The notes below the pieces were generated by a model. It saw nothing but the letters and a program-made list of their open reading frames with translations. It made no database searches and had not been told where the DNA came from. From NCBI GenBank assembly GCA_051313645.2, contig JBNRSN020000007.1, forward strand, positions 140,740,001 to 140,804,000: a stretch of DNA of 64,000 nucleotides, given 5' to 3'. The position numbers and the translations under genes were made by a program. Positions 60,801 through 64,000 of this stretch are shown here, in pieces. The first letter of the stretch is position 1. Each line of letters opens with the position of its first letter. Origin of the DNA: Centroscyllium fabricii. Its lineage: Eukaryota.

Positions 60801-62710
60801 AATCCAGTCCCAGTAAGACTGTGGCGCACAACTGCTTGAGTATGTACAATTTGAACTTACGGTACACGCAGTCCCTAACTGTGAGTGTGACGGAGCAGTA
60901 GCCGGTGACGTCCGCTGTGTGGGACTGTGAAGCAAGGGAGACTTGGTAGCGCGTGGGCAGGATCTGCAGTCCGTAGCGCTGCACTGTATCGGGGTGGATG
61001 AAGCTCTCTGTGCTTCCGGTGTCGAACAGGCAGTTAGTGGCATGGCCGTTGACTTTAATCCCCATCATGGAATTTGATAGGGTGTGCGGCCTAGCCTGGT
61101 CGACCGTGGCTGAGTCTGAAGTGTATGTGTTTGTGTGGGAGCCCTCCGCTGGCCGGGGCCGTGCACATGATTCGCACATGGTCTACCGCTGTGGACAAGA
61201 TGGCGGCGCCGGGGAGTCGCACATGGCTGGCCGCTGAAGACAAGATGGCGGCGCCGGGGGTCGCACATGGCCGGCCGTTGCGGACAAGATGGCGGCGCCC
61301 GTGATTCGCACGCGGCGGGCCGCTGTGGACGCGGTGGCGGTGCCTGTGGTTCGCACGCAGCGGGCCGCGGTGGCTGGGTTGGCGGTGCCCGTGATTCGCA
61401 CGCAGCGGGCCGCGCTGTGCGAGATGCCGGCGTTGGGGGGTTGCACATGGCCGGCCGTGGCCGATTTTGGCTTGCCGTGGGCGCGGCCGGCCTCTGCCGC
61501 CTCAGGGTGGGAGACGGGGGCGCTTGTACCCTACCCCCGGACCGTCGCTGGGTCGCGCTGCAGCTGCAGCTTACCTGAGGTCAAGGGCCGGTGTTGGTGC
61601 TTTCGCAGGCCGCGCTGTTGTACCTGGAGCTGGATGCCGGGGCCAATTTGCAGGCCTTGGCGTAGTGTCCCTTTTTCGAGCACTTCTCGCAGGTCGCGGT
61701 CCTCGCGGGGCATTTCGCTCTTGGGTGTAGCCCCTGGCCGAAGAAATAGCATTTCTTCTCCGCCGGCGTCTTCGCAGCTGCCGCTGCCATTGTGTGGGTC
61801 TCGACCCGTTGTGGGGCCGCCCAGGAGTCGAAGGTAGCGTGTGGGTTTTGGCCGCCGTACGCCTGTAGTCTGCGGTGCGCGCCATCCACAGCGTTGGAGA
61901 GGGAGATCGCCTCGTCCAGTGTTAGTGTGTCTTTCTCCAGCAGCCACTGGCGGGCCTCTGCGGACCTGAGCCCCGTTACATAGGCGTCCCGGACGAGGAG
62001 ATTCGCCTCCTCTTGTGCCATCCATGGTTCGCAGTCACAGGCCCGGACATGGGCTTGGAGCGCCAACAGGAATTGTTCATTGGACTCACCCACTAGCTGT
62101 GGTCTGGTCGCGAGCACATGTCTGGCGTAGACTGAGTGGACCGGGCGCTCGTAGCACTTCTTCAGTTTCTCCACGGCTTCAGTGTACGTCTTAGCGTCGC
62201 GGATGAAGGAGTATACCCGGCTGGAGATCCTTGAAGTGAGAACATGCAGCTTGTTCCTGTCGGTTGTCGCCTTGGCGGCCTCCATGTAGGCCTGAACGAG
62301 ACTGAACCAGTGTTCAAATGTGTTGGCGGCGGCTGGGTCCTGTGGACTAATGTCCAGCTTTTCGGGTTTCACAGCGCCGCTCTCCATTTAAAATTTTTAA
62401 GCTAAAAAATTGACATATCGGCAATAGTCTAATAAAACCAAAGACGCGTAGTTACCTCAACTAAAGGCTTTTATTAGCTTACAAAGGAGCTATGCTCCGA
62501 TCGAACATCAGGTACAGAATGGATGGGGGCAGGTCAGACCCCACCTATAAGGCACTCACCTGAGGGGAGGAGTTAGAGGTGTGGCTGACCTGACCCCGCG
62601 ACAGTGTCGCAATACAAAGCAGTGTATCATGCACCCGGCCACTATACATACAGAATAATATTGGGCAACAATATTAAGGTGGTAAAAGAGTACATATAAC
62701 GGTTACCACA
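57808..62710 (-). mobile_element. Full-length Gypsy copy B (4.9 kb) nested in the start of copy H gag
   Basis: LTRs 62411-62710 and 57808-58106 (about 4 substitutions plus 1 indel); TSD GATAG at 57803-57807 and 62711-62715. Confidence 0.97.
58126..62387 (-). pseudogene. gag-pol polyprotein of copy B, disrupted
   Basis: Gag 61581-62387, PR-RT-RH-IN 58861-61179 (FDTGS, YLDN), IN tail 58126-58821; TGG-to-stop changes at 61581 and 58861; frameshifts in the linker. Confidence 0.92.
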
Positions 62711-64000
62711 GATAGCAGCGCAGTAAAGCCGGAACGCCTCGATCTCAATCCCCAGGCGCCGGACGCTGCCAACGACTTCGAACATTGGTTTCGCTGTGTC
62801 GAGGCCTACATGAAGGCCACAAAAGCGACAACGACGAAGACAAGCTGCAAATACTGGTTTCCAGAGTCAGCGGCCGGGTGTACTCTTTGATGAGAGACAC
62901 CAAAACTTTTACTGATGCCGCCAAGAAGCTGAAGGACATCTACATGCGCCCGGTCAACGCGGTCTACGCCAGGCATCTACTGGCGGCCAGAAGGCAACGG
63001 CTGGGTGAGTCAAATGAAGAGTTTCTTCAAGCGCTCCAAACCCTCGTCCGGGCCTGCGGCTGTCAGGCAGTGACGGCTGAGGAATACACCAACCACCTGG
63101 TCCAAGACGCGTACGTTACGGGACTCAGATCCAGCCAAGCCCGCCAACGCCTGCTGGAACAAGAGACACTGTCGCTTGAGTCTGCCATTATGCTCTCCAA
63201 TGCGGTGGATGGGGCACTCTGGCGTCTGGACGCATATGGGGAGAGCAATCCCCATTCGGGCCCATCTAATCTCTGGGCACCGCAGACACGGGCTGAAACC
63301 CCGACGACGGAAGCGGCTGCTGCGAAGACACCAGCGGGGCCCTAATGCTACTTCTGCGGCCTGGCGAAACACCCGTGATCACTGTGCCCCGCGAAGAACG
63401 CGTCGTGCGCGAAGTGCGGGAAGAAGGGCCACTTCGCCAAAGCCTGCAAGTAGAACCCGACCTCCGGACCCAACAGCGCGGCCTGCGAAGCCAACGACGC
63501 CACTCCATGGTCACAGGTACGGTGCTGCAGCACGACCCAGCAGCGGTCAGCCGCGTGTGAACCACGGGTGCCGCCATCACATTTAAAATCACGGCGGCGG
63601 ACCCAGTGTGCTGCCGGGCTCCCCACAACAGCAGCCAGCCGCGTGCGAACCACGGGCGCCGCCATCTTTGGTGCAGGTGTGGCCGGCCATGTGCGAACAA
63701 CGGGCGCTGCCATCTTCCGCACAACTGCGGCCAGCCACGTGCGAAGCACGGGTGCCACCATCTCTGCCACAACAGCGGTCAGCCGCATGCGAACCACGGG
63801 CGCCGCCATCTTTGCCGCACCAGGCACCGCCATCTTGGCAACAGCCAGCCGCGTGCGAATCACCGGCGCCGCCATCTTCAGCGCGGCCATCTTGCTACTC
63901 GCCCCGGACGGGGCCCCAGCTACCGGAGGGCCCCTACACTCATCCAACATTGGCCTCAGCCACGGCCGACCCATCCAGGACGCACACCTTGTCCAACTCC

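Larger units (their letters stand above)
57490..64000 (+). mobile_element. Gypsy copy H: 5' LTR 57490-57777, gag from ATG 57800 (interrupted by copy B, resumes 62711); runs off the window end
   Basis: Rejoined gag reads MDSSAVKPERLDLNPQAPDAANDFEHWF, close to copy F; knuckles contain stops; repeat-rich linker at 63530-63900. Confidence 0.92.

Overview
Vertebrate genomic DNA, very probably a cartilaginous fish (HE1-type SINEs with CR1/HER1-type tails, DeuSINE, CR1, L2 and Penelope elements). 1-31.5 kb is a nest of retroelements: at least six copies of one Ty3/Gypsy lineage (LTRs TGTGGTAA...CA, 240-300 bp, 5-bp TSD, single gag-pol ORF), two Mag-like Gypsy elements, CR1 LINEs and SINEs, with GA-rich tracts and an assembly gap. 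36.5-57.2 kb holds seven coding exons (signal peptide to WSDWS) of an IL-13 receptor alpha-2 homolog on the + strand. Its introns carry MITEs, Penelope and CR1 copies and an ERV env fragment. The intron after the WSDWS exon holds two more nested copies of the same Gypsy lineage. Main finding: none of the six 5'LTR-internal junctions of this lineage has a tRNA primer-binding site. Instead, the 13-14 nt at the PBS position are the reverse complement of the element's own poly(A)-signal segment, and the two sides co-vary across divergent subfamilies. This suggests tRNA-independent self-priming coupled to masking of the 5' poly(A) signal. A terminal U5 hairpin and a PPT-masking hairpin are also conserved. 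All analysis was by eye; no searches or folding were run.
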